Origin: Bryobacterales bacterium
GTDB lineage: Bacteria; Acidobacteriota; Terriglobia; Bryobacterales; UBA6623
Direction of reading: 5' to 3'
Length of the DNA stretch: 64,000 nt
Assembly (NCBI GenBank): GCA_963422375.2
Contig: OY729427.2
Span: 1,280,001 to 1,344,000, forward strand
The position numbers were made by a program, and so were the translations under genes. Position 1 is the first letter of the stretch. The number at the start of each line of letters is the position of its first letter. The notes under the pieces are model-generated. The model saw only the letters and a list, made by a program, of their open reading frames with translations, was not told the DNA's origin and ran no database searches. This document shows, piece after piece, positions 49,895 through 60,510 of the stretch.

Positions 49895-50239
49895 TCAAGC
49901 CAAGGCGATCGTGGTGAGTGTCCTAGGAGCTGGGACTGTGTTCGCTTTCGATCGGAACACTCACCCGGATGCCGCGAGTGCGAGACCCTGCCCTGCCGGC
50001 GAACGCGTTCGGCGCACCTGAGCAACCTGTCTGGGTTCAACGCGCCTTGGTCAGGGCACGAGTTGGATGCTCCAAGCCGCTTCGGGTGGCGGGTAGGGTG
50101 CTCAGGGCCGAAACGGATCAGGCCATGACGGCCATGTGTGATAAGATCATGAGGAGTCGCGGACAGACTCCGGGGCGGGGCCGAACTGGATTGGGATCCG
50201 GTGTTCCGGTCGGGGCTTGCAGCGAGAAGGGAGGCAGCA

Positions 50240-50596
50240 ATGAGCGTCATGGTGGCGGAAGTCTACAGGGCCTTGCTGAACGCGGGCGCGGACGAGGAGC
50301 TGGCGCGGGAGGCGGCCTTGGCAGTGCCTGGCACTGGCGACTTGGCAACAAGAGCCGACCTGAAGGATCTGGATCTGCGCTTGCGCGCCGAGATCAAGGA
50401 TCTGGAGCTGCGCTTGGGTGCCGAGATCAAGGATCTGGAGCTGCGCTTGGGTGCCGAGATCAAGAAGCTTGAGACGCGCTTGGGCGCTGAAATCAAGAAG
50501 CTTGAGCTGCGGATTGGGCGGGACATGTCGGTCTTGAAATTCGCCTACGGACCAGTGATCATTGCACTGCTGGTCAAGCTGGCGTTCTTCCCCTGA
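50240..50596 (+). CDS. DUF1640/CCDC90-like coiled-coil protein, 118 aa (5 hendecads)
   Basis: Paralog with additional 33-bp repeats (EIKDLELRLGA). Confidence 0.85.
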   Translation: MSVMVAEVYRALLNAGADEELAREAALAVPGTGDLATRADLKDLDLRLRAEIKDLELRLGAEIKDLELRLGAEIKKLETRLGAEIKKLELRIGRDMSVLKFAYGPVIIALLVKLAFFP

Positions 50597-51346
50597 GTCT
50601 GCGGTCTTGCTCTCCACGCACTAGCATGCGGCATACGGCGCCCTAAGTGGAATAGGCTATGCGAGCCACAGCAGTCGGCACGCGTGAGCTGTCGGCTGAC
50701 CGCCCTTCTCACCAATTCCAAGGGTTACTAGGCCCAGTCTTCGTAGCCGCTGTTCGATGGCCGGGCGGAGCTGTCGAAACGCAAGTCTTGGTGCAAATGC
50801 TTCCTGGGAGGGTCGCGGTCCCAACTCATCGGGACTCCTGTGGAACACTCCCTCCGAGAAATGAGGAGTTGAGTGCTCCAAGCCGAGTCGAGTCAGGCCA
50901 AGACCGTCACATGAGATGAGATCAACGGGAATCGAGGACTGGCTCGGGCCCCCGGGGCGAGCTGGATCGGGAATCGGCGTTCCGCCCGGAGGCTGCCGAG
51001 AGCAAGTGCTTGCATGGAGGCAGCAATGAGCGATTACATTTCTCCCGAGTTGAGGCAAGAAGTCAAGCGCGCATCTCACTGTTCAATCTTAGGATGAAAA
51101 AGAGAGATTGTGACTTCCGGAAAACGGCGATTTATCCCGTCACATATTCCAACCATCTGGTTATGAACTTAGCTCTAGCATGCTCAAATCCTGCCCTGCT
51201 CCCGGAGATTTCAGGCGATGGGAAGCAATTCTAAGGGAGTGCCGAGGTTCAAGAACGCGCCTCGAGGTCGCCCAGCATAGGACGTTACACCATTTTGCGA
51301 CCTAAATCACGACTTCTGGTGGCTGCTGGAGCCAAGTGCATAGCTA

Positions 51347-51601
51347 GTGCCTGTGACAAAACTCGTATCCCCTTGACAACAAAGGCGTTAGGCCCAATCT
51401 CTCAAGGCGAAGATTTCACTGGAATGCTACGACTAGTCCGAAATCCTGCCAATTCTGTGTAGAGCGCGGAAATCTTCGCGATTGGCGTCTGAGCAACTTC
51501 CGACCTTGGGCCCTATATGTTGTGCTTGGAGAGCCATCCGACCTCAGGATGTAGTATGAAATGCTGATCGGGCCAGAATTCAGGGGTTTTGTCACAAGCA
51601 C
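51347..51601. mobile_element. 255-bp MITE, copy 2
   Basis: Same IRs as copy 1; flanking direct repeat TAGCTA; empty site at 49434-49439. Confidence 0.92.
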
Positions 51602-52064
51602 TAGCTAGAATGAGAAAATCTGATTCTCTAGCTTCGTGTTCAGCGTCAGCACTTCAATTCCACAACACCGAGTATCCTTGTCGTTCTTGATCTGCTTCCA
51701 TCCGTGCCCCTTGCATAGTTCAAGCCAAGGCGATCGTGGTGAGTGTCCTAGGAGCTGGGACTGTGTTCGCTTTCGATCGGAACACTCACCCGGATGCCGC
51801 GAGTGCGAGACCCTGCCCTGCCGGCGAACGCGTTCGGCGCACCTGAGCAACCTGTCTGGGTTCAACGCGCCTTGGTCAGGGCACGAGTTGGATGCTCCAA
51901 GCCGCTTCGGGTGGCGGGTAGGGTGCTCAGGGCCGAAACGGATCAGGCCATGACGGCCATGTGTGATAAGATCATGAGGAGTCGCGGACAGACTCCGGGG
52001 CGGGGCCGAACTGGATTGGGATCCGGTGTTCCGGTCGGGGCTTGCAGCGAGAAGGGAGGCAGCA

Positions 52065-52355
52065 ATGAGCGTCATGGTGGCGGAAGTCTACAGGGCCTTG
52101 CTGAACGCGGGCGCGGACGAGGAGCTGGCGCGGGAGGCGGCCTTGGCAGTGCCTGGCACTGGCGACTTGGCAACAAGAGCCGACCTGAAGGATCTGGAGC
52201 TGCGCTTGGGTGCCGAGATTAAGAAGCTTGAGACGCGCTTGGGCGCTGAAATCAAGAAGCTTGAGCTGCGGATTGGGCGGGACATGTCGGTCTTGAAATT
52301 CGCCTACGGACCAGTGATCATTGCACTGCTGGTCAAGCTGGCGTTCTTCCCCTGA
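52065..52355 (+). CDS. DUF1640/CCDC90-like coiled-coil protein, 96 aa (3 hendecads)
   Basis: Third paralog, same RBS, head, neck and TM. Confidence 0.85.
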   Translation: MSVMVAEVYRALLNAGADEELAREAALAVPGTGDLATRADLKDLELRLGAEIKKLETRLGAEIKKLELRIGRDMSVLKFAYGPVIIALLVKLAFFP

Positions 52356-53102
52356 GTCTGCGGTCTTGCTCTCTACGCATTAGCATGCGGCATACGGCGC
52401 CCTAAGTGGAATGGGCTATGCGAGCCACAGAAGTCGGCACGCGTGCGCTGTCGGCTGACCGCCCTTCTCACCAATTCCAAGGGTTACTAGGCCCAGTCTT
52501 CGTAGCCGCTGTTCGATGGCCCGGCGGAGCTTCAGAAACGAAAGTCTTGGTGCAAGTGCTTCCTGGGAGGGTCGCGGTCCCAACTCATCGGGGCTCCTGT
52601 GGAACACTCCCTCCGAGAAATGAGGAGTTGAGTGCTTCAAGCCGAGTCGGGTTAGGCCAAGACGGTCACATGAGTTGAGATCAACGGGAATCGGGGACTG
52701 GCTCCGGCGACGGGGCCGAGATGGATTGGGAATCGGCGTTCTGCCCGGAGGGCTGCCGTGAGCAAGTGCTTGAATGGAGGCAGCAATGAACGTCGTGGTG
52801 GCGGCGGTCTACAGGACGTTGCCGGTCGCGGTCTCAGACGAGAATCTGGCGCGGAAAACCTATCCTAGTCCCCCGTTGAGCCTAGATGAAACGCAGCTTT
52901 TCAATGACATTTCGCCTGAGTTGGGGCAAGAGCTCAAGCGTGCATATCACCTTTCAATCTTAGGCTGAAAGGGAAAAATCATGACTCCTGACCAACGGCG
53001 ACCTATCTCGCCATTTATTCCAATTATCTGGTTATGCCCTTAGCTCTAGCATGCTCAAATCCTGCCCTGCTGTCGGAGGTTTCGGGCGATGGAAAGCGAT
53101 TC

Positions 53103-53922
53103 CGAGGCGTGGACGACCGCGCGCGGCACTATGTTCCGCGAGGCGCGCCGACGGCGGACCTCCCCGACGACCGGCACCGTCCTGCGCAAGTCGTGCCTGC
53201 CGCTCCGCGGCTGGTGCCTCGCGATGCGCCTAGCCTGCACGCGGAAGACCGGGCTGAGCCCGGCGGGCTTGCAGCGCGAGCTCGGGCCGGACAGTCACCG
53301 CACGGCTTGGCTCTTGCCACGGAGGCTTCGCTCGGCGATGGTGAGGCTGGGCCGCGAACGCATGCAAGGGGTGATCAAAGTTGACGAGGCGTGTGCTCGA
53401 GGCGCGGACAAGGGCATGTAGGGGCGGGAACCGGCCGAAGGGTGCTCGGTTGCGGTTTTCGCGTAGCTGGAGGGACATGTTGCGGGGCGAATCCGCATCC
53501 GGCACGTGCCGGATGCCTTGCGGACGAGCCTGGCCGGTCTCATAGCGGGCTGCGTCGAGCCGGGCAGCCTCGTGCATACGGACGGGTGGAACGGCTACAG
53601 TAGCCTCGAGCGACGCGGGACCCGGCACCGGGTGACCGTCACGCACGGCAGCGGGGAGGTTGCGGGCACGGCGTTTCGGCATGTCCACTGGGGCATGTCG
53701 CTGCTGCAGCGCTGGCTGCTGGCCACACTTGAGGGCAAGGTCGGCGCGAAGCACTTGCAACTCTATCTCGACGAGTACGCGTCCCGCTTCAACCGTCGTC
53801 GGTCGCGGCACGTGGGCAAGTTCTCTTGCCGGCTCTTGGAGCAACTGGTCTTGCAGCAAGCGGCTACGTACAGAGAGCTAATCGACAGACCGGAGCATCC
53901 CAACTACAACGAAATGCATAAC
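53103..53922 (+). pseudogene. Degraded IS1595-family transposase (third lineage)
   Basis: GLQRELG..S.RTAW...RLRSAMVR.GRE..G.I.VDE; VHTDGW.GY; KHLQ.YLDE...RFNRR; in-frame stops. Confidence 0.85.
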
Positions 53923-53932
53923 CAAATTCCAA

Positions 53933-54600
53933 CGCCCATTCAACTCCGAAGTGCGACACGCGCCGAGCCACAAGATGGCAGGGAGGGGAGAGGGGGGACA
54001 GCGACCGGTGGTGTCGCGGCAGTAGGCTGGTAGGTGCTGGAAGGAGCAGGGAGGCGGATGCCGAAGAGCTACACGCACGTGACGAAGGAAGAGCGCTGCC
54101 GGAGCGAGACGCTGCGGGCCGCGGGCTGGGGAGCGGACAGGATCTCCGGGCAGCTGGGCCGCAACCGGGCCACGAGTTAGCCGGCGCACGGCGCAGCTGG
54201 TCGGGGCGGCGATGACGGCCATGCTCGCAGGGAGCGGGGCCGTGACGCACACGCTCACGGCCGACAACGGCAAGGAGTTCGCGGCAAGGAGTTCGCGGGG
54301 CACCGGGAGGTGGCGCAGCGGCTGGGGGCGGGCTTCTACTTCGCGCGGCCCTGCCACTCCTGCGAGCGCGGGCTGAACGAGCATGCCAACGGGCTGCCGC
54401 GGCAGTACTTCCCGCAGGGGACGGACCTGCGGCGGGTGGACCCGGCCCGGGTGCGGGAGGCGCGGGACCGCCTGAACCGGCGTCCGCGGAAGGTGCTGGG
54501 CGGGCGCACGCCGGAGGCAGTCTTCCTGGCGGAGCGGGAGCGGGTGCCGCGGGGACAGGGGCGCGGGGGAGCTGCGCCCGGACAGGCGCGGATTCGACTC
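53933..54600 (+). pseudogene. IS30-family remnant with internal deletion
   Basis: YTHVT.EER HTH start; TLTADNGKEFA; YFARP.HS.ERGLNE..NGL.RQYFP.GTD; LN.RPRKVLG.RTP; IR-like ATTCAACTCCGAAGTGCGAC. Confidence 0.85.
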
Positions 54601-54641
54601 TCCGGCCTCCGATCCGTCGATTTCAGGCGCTACCGTAGGGC

Positions 54642-55736
54642 ATGGATCCGTTCGCGCTCTTCCTGATCCTCCTCGTTGCGATTCTTCTTGCTCTGAACAT
54701 CGCAGCGCACGTGCGCTCGAGAGCGAAGGCAAGCAAGAGCGAAGGGCTGATCCGGCAGTCGCTAGTTCGCCTCGACGCCCGTCTCGACGAGCAGGGCCGC
54801 AGGCAGAGCGAGGAAGCCAGCGCGTTGCGGTCGGGAATCGACGGTCACCTGTCGCGCGGCTTCGAGCACGCCGAGCGGACCCGCGGCGACATCGTCACCC
54901 GGCTCGCCCTGATTGATCGTGCGCGGGAGAAGATCGCCGAGCTGACCTCGGAGGTCGTCTCCCTGCGCGAAATCCTAGCCGACCGGTCGGCTCGCGGGGC
55001 CTTCGGCGAAGTGCAGCTGCGCGCGCTCGTGGCCAACGTGCTACCGCCAAGCGGCTTCAGGATGCAACACGTCCTGTCTAACCGGCGGCGCGCCGACTGC
55101 ATGCTCTTCCTGCCCCCTCCGACGGGCAGCATCGCGATCGACTCCAAGTTCCCTCTGAGCAACTACAAGCGCAGGCTCGACACCGCCCTGCCGCAGTCGG
55201 AGCGCGAGCGCGCCGGCAAGGATTTCGCCCGGGACGTGCGCAAGCACGTCGACGCCGTCGCAAGCAAGTACATCGTGCCCGGCGAGACGTGCGACTCCGC
55301 CGTGCTGTTCATTCCCGCCGAGTCCGTCTTCGCGGAGATCCATGCCGCTCACCCCGAACTGGTCGAATACGCGCAGCGGAAAAACGTTTGGCTGACCTCG
55401 CCCACCACGCTGTGGGCCGTGCTCACGACCGCGCGTTCCGTGCTGAAGGACGCGGCCGCCCGGCGCGAGGCGCATGCCATCCAAGGGCACCTGCGCTCGC
55501 TCGGCCGAGACTTCCAGCAGTTCGAGGAACACATGGGGAAGCTGGCCAGGCACGTCCGGCTGGCCGCCGAGGACGTGCAGCGAGCGCAGGCGGCGGCCCG
55601 CGACATCACCGGGCGCTTCCGCGAGATCGACCAGCTCGACCTAGGGCCTGCCTCCGAACTCCCGGAAGCCTGCGGGGACGAGCAGGAGACGCGCTCCGCG
55701 AGCGACGGGCCGCGCCAGCCTCAGCCGCCGACGTAG
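54642..55736 (+). CDS. rmuC: DNA recombination protein RmuC
   Basis: N-terminal TM, coiled coil, RGAFGEVQL, IDSKFP, KYI.PGET.D.A.LFIPAE.VFAEI, SPTTL.A.L. Confidence 0.95.
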   Translation: MDPFALFLILLVAILLALNIAAHVRSRAKASKSEGLIRQSLVRLDARLDEQGRRQSEEASALRSGIDGHLSRGFEHAERTRGDIVTRLALIDRAREKIAELTSEVVSLREILADRSARGAFGEVQLRALVANVLPPSGFRMQHVLSNRRRADCMLFLPPPTGSIAIDSKFPLSNYKRRLDTALPQSERERAGKDFARDVRKHVDAVASKYIVPGETCDSAVLFIPAESVFAEIHAAHPELVEYAQRKNVWLTSPTTLWAVLTTARSVLKDAAARREAHAIQGHLRSLGRDFQQFEEHMGKLARHVRLAAEDVQRAQAAARDITGRFREIDQLDLGPASELPEACGDEQETRSASDGPRQPQPPT

Positions 55737-56737
55737 CGTGCGTGCAGGCTCCGCGCAAGGCCCACGTCCTGGGTGCCCTTCACGATGGACCGGCCGTCCG
55801 CGAATACCGTGAGCTCGTGCGGAGGAACCAGGAACCGCACCGCGTGCTCGGATGCCCGCACTTCGCCAAGCGACGCGAGCGACGCGGCCAGCACGGCCAA
55901 GTCGATCGCCTTGCCGCGGCCCGGCACCTGCACCGCGTCCCGCCCGCAAAGCCGGGCCGACCGGGGCGGCGCGGCATCCAGATGCGGGAACTCACGCCGA
56001 CCGCATGTCGGGCAGGCGGGATCCGGCTTGCCGGAGCGCACCGACGAGCGCACCCCGCTCCAGACATCGTGCGAGACCAAGCGGGCATGCACCGCTTCAG
56101 CCCGCCCGGCCAGGATCTTGAGGGCCTCGGCCGCCTGCAGCGAGCCGACAAGCGAGGTAACCGCGTTGAGCACTCCGGCCGTCTCGCACGTCGGCTGGGG
56201 GGATGCGGGCGCGGACGGGAACATGCACGAGAGGCAGCTAGTCCGCCCGGGCAGCACCGGCATGACGCAGCCCGCCGTGCCCACCGCGGCCCCGTATACC
56301 CACGGTATCGAGCGCTTCACTGCAAGATCATTGACGAGATAGCGCGCCTCGAAATTGTCGGTGCCGTCGAGAATTACGTCAGCATGCGCCAGCAGACGCT
56401 CCGCGTTACCGGCGGTGAGGTCCGCCATGATCGGGACCACCCTCACGCTGGAATTGGCCCTGCGCAAGTGCCGGGCGGCCGCCACGGCCTTGGGCGTGCC
56501 CACCTCCGCGTCGCGCTCCTCGAACAGGACCTGCCGCTGGAGATTACTCTCCTCGACATAATCCCGGTCGATCAGCACGGTCTCGCCCACGCCCGCTCGC
56601 ACCAAGAGCGCGGCCTGGACCGTACCCAAGGCCCCGCAACCCACGACGGCCGCGCGCGAATCCGCGAGCCGGCGCTGGCCGCGATCGCCGATCCAGGGGA
56701 GCCGCCTCTGCCGCGAGTACCGGTCGGGAACGTCCAT
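55721..56737 (-). CDS. ThiF/MoeB family adenylyltransferase
   Basis: RYSRQ, VVGCGALG, DRDYVEESNLQRQ, DGTDNF, CxxC pairs, LCGRDAVQ. Confidence 0.93.
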   Translation of the reverse strand: MDVPDRYSRQRRLPWIGDRGQRRLADSRAAVVGCGALGTVQAALLVRAGVGETVLIDRDYVEESNLQRQVLFEERDAEVGTPKAVAAARHLRRANSSVRVVPIMADLTAGNAERLLAHADVILDGTDNFEARYLVNDLAVKRSIPWVYGAAVGTAGCVMPVLPGRTSCLSCMFPSAPASPQPTCETAGVLNAVTSLVGSLQAAEALKILAGRAEAVHARLVSHDVWSGVRSSVRSGKPDPACPTCGRREFPHLDAAPPRSARLCGRDAVQVPGRGKAIDLAVLAASLASLGEVRASEHAVRFLVPPHELTVFADGRSIVKGTQDVGLARSLHARYVGG

Positions 56738-56857
56738 TCCGGGGCAGGGCCTATCCTGCGGGCCGCGCCGGCACCCGACCGGCGGAGCCTGCATTTCCGA
56801 CGCGCTCGCAAGCCGGCGGCGACCCGCCGGACACGATAATCTAATTCTATTCGTTCG

Positions 56858-59824
56858 TTGCATCGCCTCCGGCCGACCGTCCTGTCCCTCGGAATCCTCG
56901 CTGCGGTCCCGTGCCTCGGCTTGGATTTCTCGGAAACGCCCGTCGCGGAGATTCGCTTCGACCCGCCCCTGCCGCCCGGCGTCCGGAGCGCGGCGGAACG
57001 GGCCCTGCGGGTCAAGGTCGGCCAGCCGTTCGAGGCCGCCACGGTGCGCGACTCGATCCGCGCGCTGTTCCGCACCGGTCGATTCGAGGATGTCCAGGCG
57101 GACGCCGCAGCGACCGAGGGCGGCGTGCGCTTGGCGTTCCTGACCAAGCCCGCTTGGTTCGTCGGCAACGTCCGCGTACTTGGCGTGCCCCGCCCGCCGT
57201 CCGAGGGCCAGCTCGCCAACGCGTCGAAGCTGCGCCTAGGGGAGCTGCTGACCGAAGAAAGGCTCGGGCAGGCCGTTCGCTCCGTGCGGGCCCTGCTTGC
57301 CGAGCACGGCTACCGGCAGCCAACTATCACACGCGCCGTCCAGCGGGACCCCGCGACCCAAGTGGCCCACGTCGAGCTCAGGGTATCCAGCGGGCCCCGC
57401 GCGCGAATCGGAGCGCTGCTGATCACGGGAGACGAGCATCTGCTGAGCGAGCAAGAAGCCCGCGACATCGCGGCCTGGCCGCGCGGCGCGGCGTTCCGGA
57501 GAGACCGCATCCAGCGCGGCATCAGCCGCCTGCGACAGCACTTTCGCGACCGGGACTACCTGCGGGCCTTGGTACGGGTCGAAGTCGCGGAATTCCGGCC
57601 GCGAGCCAGCGAGCTGACTCTCGTGGCCGATATCCGGCGCGGCCCTAAGACCCTCGTTCGCGTCGAGGGCGCGCAGGGGCCCATTCACGGGCTGCAAGGC
57701 GTCCTGCCGATCCTCGCCCGAGGACGCATCGACGAGGACCTGCTGTCCGCCGGCGACGAGAACCTAAGGAGCTACTTCCAAGCGCGCGGCTATTTCGGCG
57801 CGACGGTCGGCCACGAAGTGGAGCGCGAGTCCGCAGGCGAAATCTCGATCGTGTACCGGGTCCAGCTCGGCCCGCACCAGTACTTGCGGGCGATCGAGGT
57901 GCATGGCAACCGCTTCTTCGACCAAGGCACCATCCGCGAGCGACTGCAGATGAGAGCGAGCGGACCGGGCTCGAAGCACGGCCGCTACAGCGAGGAGCTG
58001 CTGGCCCGGGACCTCGCGGCCATCCGCCAGCTCTACTCCTCGAACGGGTTTCGCGCCGCTCGGGTCACCGGCCAGCTGCTGGAAGACTACGGCGGCAGCC
58101 CGCGGGAGATCGCCGTTCGGATCAGTATCGACGAAGGCACGGCGACCATCGTCGGAGGCCTCGTGACCGAGGGATTCTCGCGCTTCCCAGCTGACGAGGC
58201 CACCTTCGAGTTCGCGTCGGCCCCCGGCCAGCCGTTCAGCGAGGCCCATATCGCGACGGACCGCCGGCGGGTCCTTGCGCGGTACTTCACCGAGGGCTTC
58301 CGGGACGTGCGCTTCGACTGGCAGGCCGAGGAGGGGCCTGTGCCTGGCGCGGTGGTCCTGCACTACCGGATCGAGCACGGCGACCCGGTGCGCACCGGGG
58401 AGGTCTTCGTCTCCGGATCGCGCAGAACCAAGGAGGACGTGCTCGCGCGACGGCTAGCGGTGGCCGGCGGCGAGCCCCTCTCGCAGGCGGACATGTTCGC
58501 CACCCAGCGCAACCTCTACGATCTGGGCGTCTTCTCCAAGGTGGAGGTGGCCGTCCAGAACCCGGCCGGATCCGAGGGCGCCAAGAACGTCCTGGTGCAG
58601 CTGGAGGAAGCGCGCCGCTGGGCGCTCGACGTAGGCGGCGGGGCCGAGTTCGCCCGCCTCGGCCGCAACACGGCCGAGCTCACCAATCCGGCGGGCGATG
58701 CGACGCTTAGCCCGCGCGTGACGCTCGAGATGACGCGCCTGAACGTCCGCGGCAAGGCCCACAGCATGAACTTCCGCACCCGGATGTCCCTGCTGCAGCA
58801 GCGCGGCCTGTTCACCTACGAGGCGCCGCGCTTCTTCGACTCGGACCGCTGGCGCATGATGATCAGCGGGCTGTACGACACCTTCCGCAACGTCAACACA
58901 TTTCGCGGCCGCAGGCTCGAGGGCGCGTTCCAGCTCTCGCAGCAACTCACGCCCCGGACGACGGTCCTGTACCGCTACGCCTACCGGAGGACCTCGGTCG
59001 ACCAAGCTACCCTCAACATCGAGCCCCTTCTGGTGCCGCTGATCTCCCAGCCCGTGCGCGCCGGCCTGCTGTCCGGAACGTACATCTCGGACCGCCGCGA
59101 CGACCCCACGGACACCACGAAGGGCGTCTACAACACCGTCAACATCGCGCTGGCGTCCAAGTTCTGGGGCTCGCAGCCCAACTTCGCCCGCCTGCTCGCG
59201 CAAAACAGCACCTACCACCGCCTCAAGGCGCGAGTGGTCCTAGCCCGCACGGTGCAGGTCGGTGTCAGCGTGCCGTGGGCCGGTCACGGCGTGGCCGGTG
59301 CCGCCCGGGCCCAGTTCGTCGGACGGCCCGACCCGCGCATCCCCATCTCCGAGCGCTACTTCGGCGGCGGGGCGAACTCGCATCGGGGATTCGCCTACAA
59401 TCAAGCGGGGCCGCGCGACCCCGCGACCGGGTTCCCGCTGGGCGGCGGCTCCCAGTTCCTGAACAGCTTCGAGCTACGCTTCCCCTTGATCGGCAGCGAC
59501 ATCTCCGGCGTGGTCTTCCACGACGCAGGCAACGTCTACTCCCGGCCCAGCCGGATCAGCTTCCGCTCCAAGCAGCAGTTGCGCGTCGGCGCCGACGGCG
59601 CGACCGACTTCGATTTCGACTACATGGTGCACGCGCTGGGTCTGGGCATCCGCTACCGCACCCCCGTCGGGCCCGTCCGCTTCGACCTAGCCTACGCCGC
59701 CAATCCTCCGCGCTTCGTGGGCTTCGACGGCACCCGCGCGCAGCTGCTGAACGGCACGGGCACGTTCCGCGACCAGCGAATCCCCTCGCTGCAGTTCCAC
59801 TTCTCGCTCGGGCAGACGTTCTAG
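56858..59824 (+). CDS. Omp85 family (TamA/BamA-like) outer membrane protein with multiple POTRA domains
   Basis: POTRA repeats; ERYFGGGANSHRGF; ELRFP; FHDAGNV; GIRYRTPVGPVRFD; C-terminal FSLGQTF. Confidence 0.93.
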   Translation: MHRLRPTVLSLGILAAVPCLGLDFSETPVAEIRFDPPLPPGVRSAAERALRVKVGQPFEAATVRDSIRALFRTGRFEDVQADAAATEGGVRLAFLTKPAWFVGNVRVLGVPRPPSEGQLANASKLRLGELLTEERLGQAVRSVRALLAEHGYRQPTITRAVQRDPATQVAHVELRVSSGPRARIGALLITGDEHLLSEQEARDIAAWPRGAAFRRDRIQRGISRLRQHFRDRDYLRALVRVEVAEFRPRASELTLVADIRRGPKTLVRVEGAQGPIHGLQGVLPILARGRIDEDLLSAGDENLRSYFQARGYFGATVGHEVERESAGEISIVYRVQLGPHQYLRAIEVHGNRFFDQGTIRERLQMRASGPGSKHGRYSEELLARDLAAIRQLYSSNGFRAARVTGQLLEDYGGSPREIAVRISIDEGTATIVGGLVTEGFSRFPADEATFEFASAPGQPFSEAHIATDRRRVLARYFTEGFRDVRFDWQAEEGPVPGAVVLHYRIEHGDPVRTGEVFVSGSRRTKEDVLARRLAVAGGEPLSQADMFATQRNLYDLGVFSKVEVAVQNPAGSEGAKNVLVQLEEARRWALDVGGGAEFARLGRNTAELTNPAGDATLSPRVTLEMTRLNVRGKAHSMNFRTRMSLLQQRGLFTYEAPRFFDSDRWRMMISGLYDTFRNVNTFRGRRLEGAFQLSQQLTPRTTVLYRYAYRRTSVDQATLNIEPLLVPLISQPVRAGLLSGTYISDRRDDPTDTTKGVYNTVNIALASKFWGSQPNFARLLAQNSTYHRLKARVVLARTVQVGVSVPWAGHGVAGAARAQFVGRPDPRIPISERYFGGGANSHRGFAYNQAGPRDPATGFPLGGGSQFLNSFELRFPLIGSDISGVVFHDAGNVYSRPSRISFRSKQQLRVGADGATDFDFDYMVHALGLGIRYRTPVGPVRFDLAYAANPPRFVGFDGTRAQLLNGTGTFRDQRIPSLQFHFSLGQTF

Positions 59825-59826
59825 GC

Positions 59827-60510
59827 GTGCGCGTCCCGGCGGTCACCGCTTGCCCGGTCGTCGCGATGGCACTGGCGCACTTGCTGGCCGCCCCCGGCCC
59901 GCGGGCCGAGGTCGTGGATCGCGTGGCTGCCGTGGTCGGCCGCGACGCTGTGGCGCTCTCGGAGATCGACTTGCAGCTGCGGCTCGAAGCCATGCTGAAC
60001 ATGGCCGAGTACGCGGGGCTGGAACGCGGAGCCCGGGACGCGCTACAGCGGCTGATCGACAGGAGGCTGATTCTCCAAGACATAGCGCCGGCGCCGTTCC
60101 TGATGCCGGACGCGGACGAAGTCAGCCGCCACCTCCGCCAGATCGCGCAGCAGCGCTACCTAGGCGGGCGGGACTTCAGCGCCGCCTTGGAGCACTACGA
60201 CTTGGCGGAATCCGATCTGAGATCCTTCCTGCGGGACCGCCTGGCGCTCGAGCGGTACGTTTCGTTCCGCTTCAAGACGGGGCTGGATGCCGCGCCGCAG
60301 GACATCGAGGCGTATTATCGTGAAGAGTACGCCCGTCGGCAGCGCGCACGGGGTGAGGCCGTCGCTCCCTTGGAGGCGGTATCGGGCGCGATCAGCCGGA
60401 TGCTGGTCGAGCGCCGTGCGGACGAGCTGCTCGAGAATCGCCTGAAGGAGCTCAGGGCGGTCGTCCGGATCGAGACCAGACTGCCGGACGGGTGGGAGCG
60501 CGATCCGTGA
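59827..60510 (+). CDS. SurA N-terminal domain-like chaperone
   Basis: EVVDRVAAVVG...I; LQRLIDRRLILQ; EAYY; no rotamase domain. Confidence 0.75.
   Translation: MRVPAVTACPVVAMALAHLLAAPGPRAEVVDRVAAVVGRDAVALSEIDLQLRLEAMLNMAEYAGLERGARDALQRLIDRRLILQDIAPAPFLMPDADEVSRHLRQIAQQRYLGGRDFSAALEHYDLAESDLRSFLRDRLALERYVSFRFKTGLDAAPQDIEAYYREEYARRQRARGEAVAPLEAVSGAISRMLVERRADELLENRLKELRAVVRIETRLPDGWERDP

Larger units (their letters stand above)
44275..53103. repeat. Tandem triplication of a ~1.6-kb unit (starts 44275, 49449, 51617), interrupted by IS/MITE insertions
   Basis: ATCTGATTCTC..GCTTCGTG.. and all downstream blocks recur three times; unit 1 is split by the IS1380. Confidence 0.92.

Noticed and set aside
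50350..50520. 33-bp repeats as CRISPR or iterons
   Set aside because: In-frame coding repeats of a coiled-coil stalk, no spacers
47900..53100. Diversity-generating retroelement template/variable repeats
   Set aside because: No reverse transcriptase; differences between units are not adenine-specific
53030..53922. GGTTATGC/GCATAACC as an IR pair of a complete IS
   Set aside because: The left motif is part of the triplicated unit and the transposase N-terminus is missing; probably coincidental
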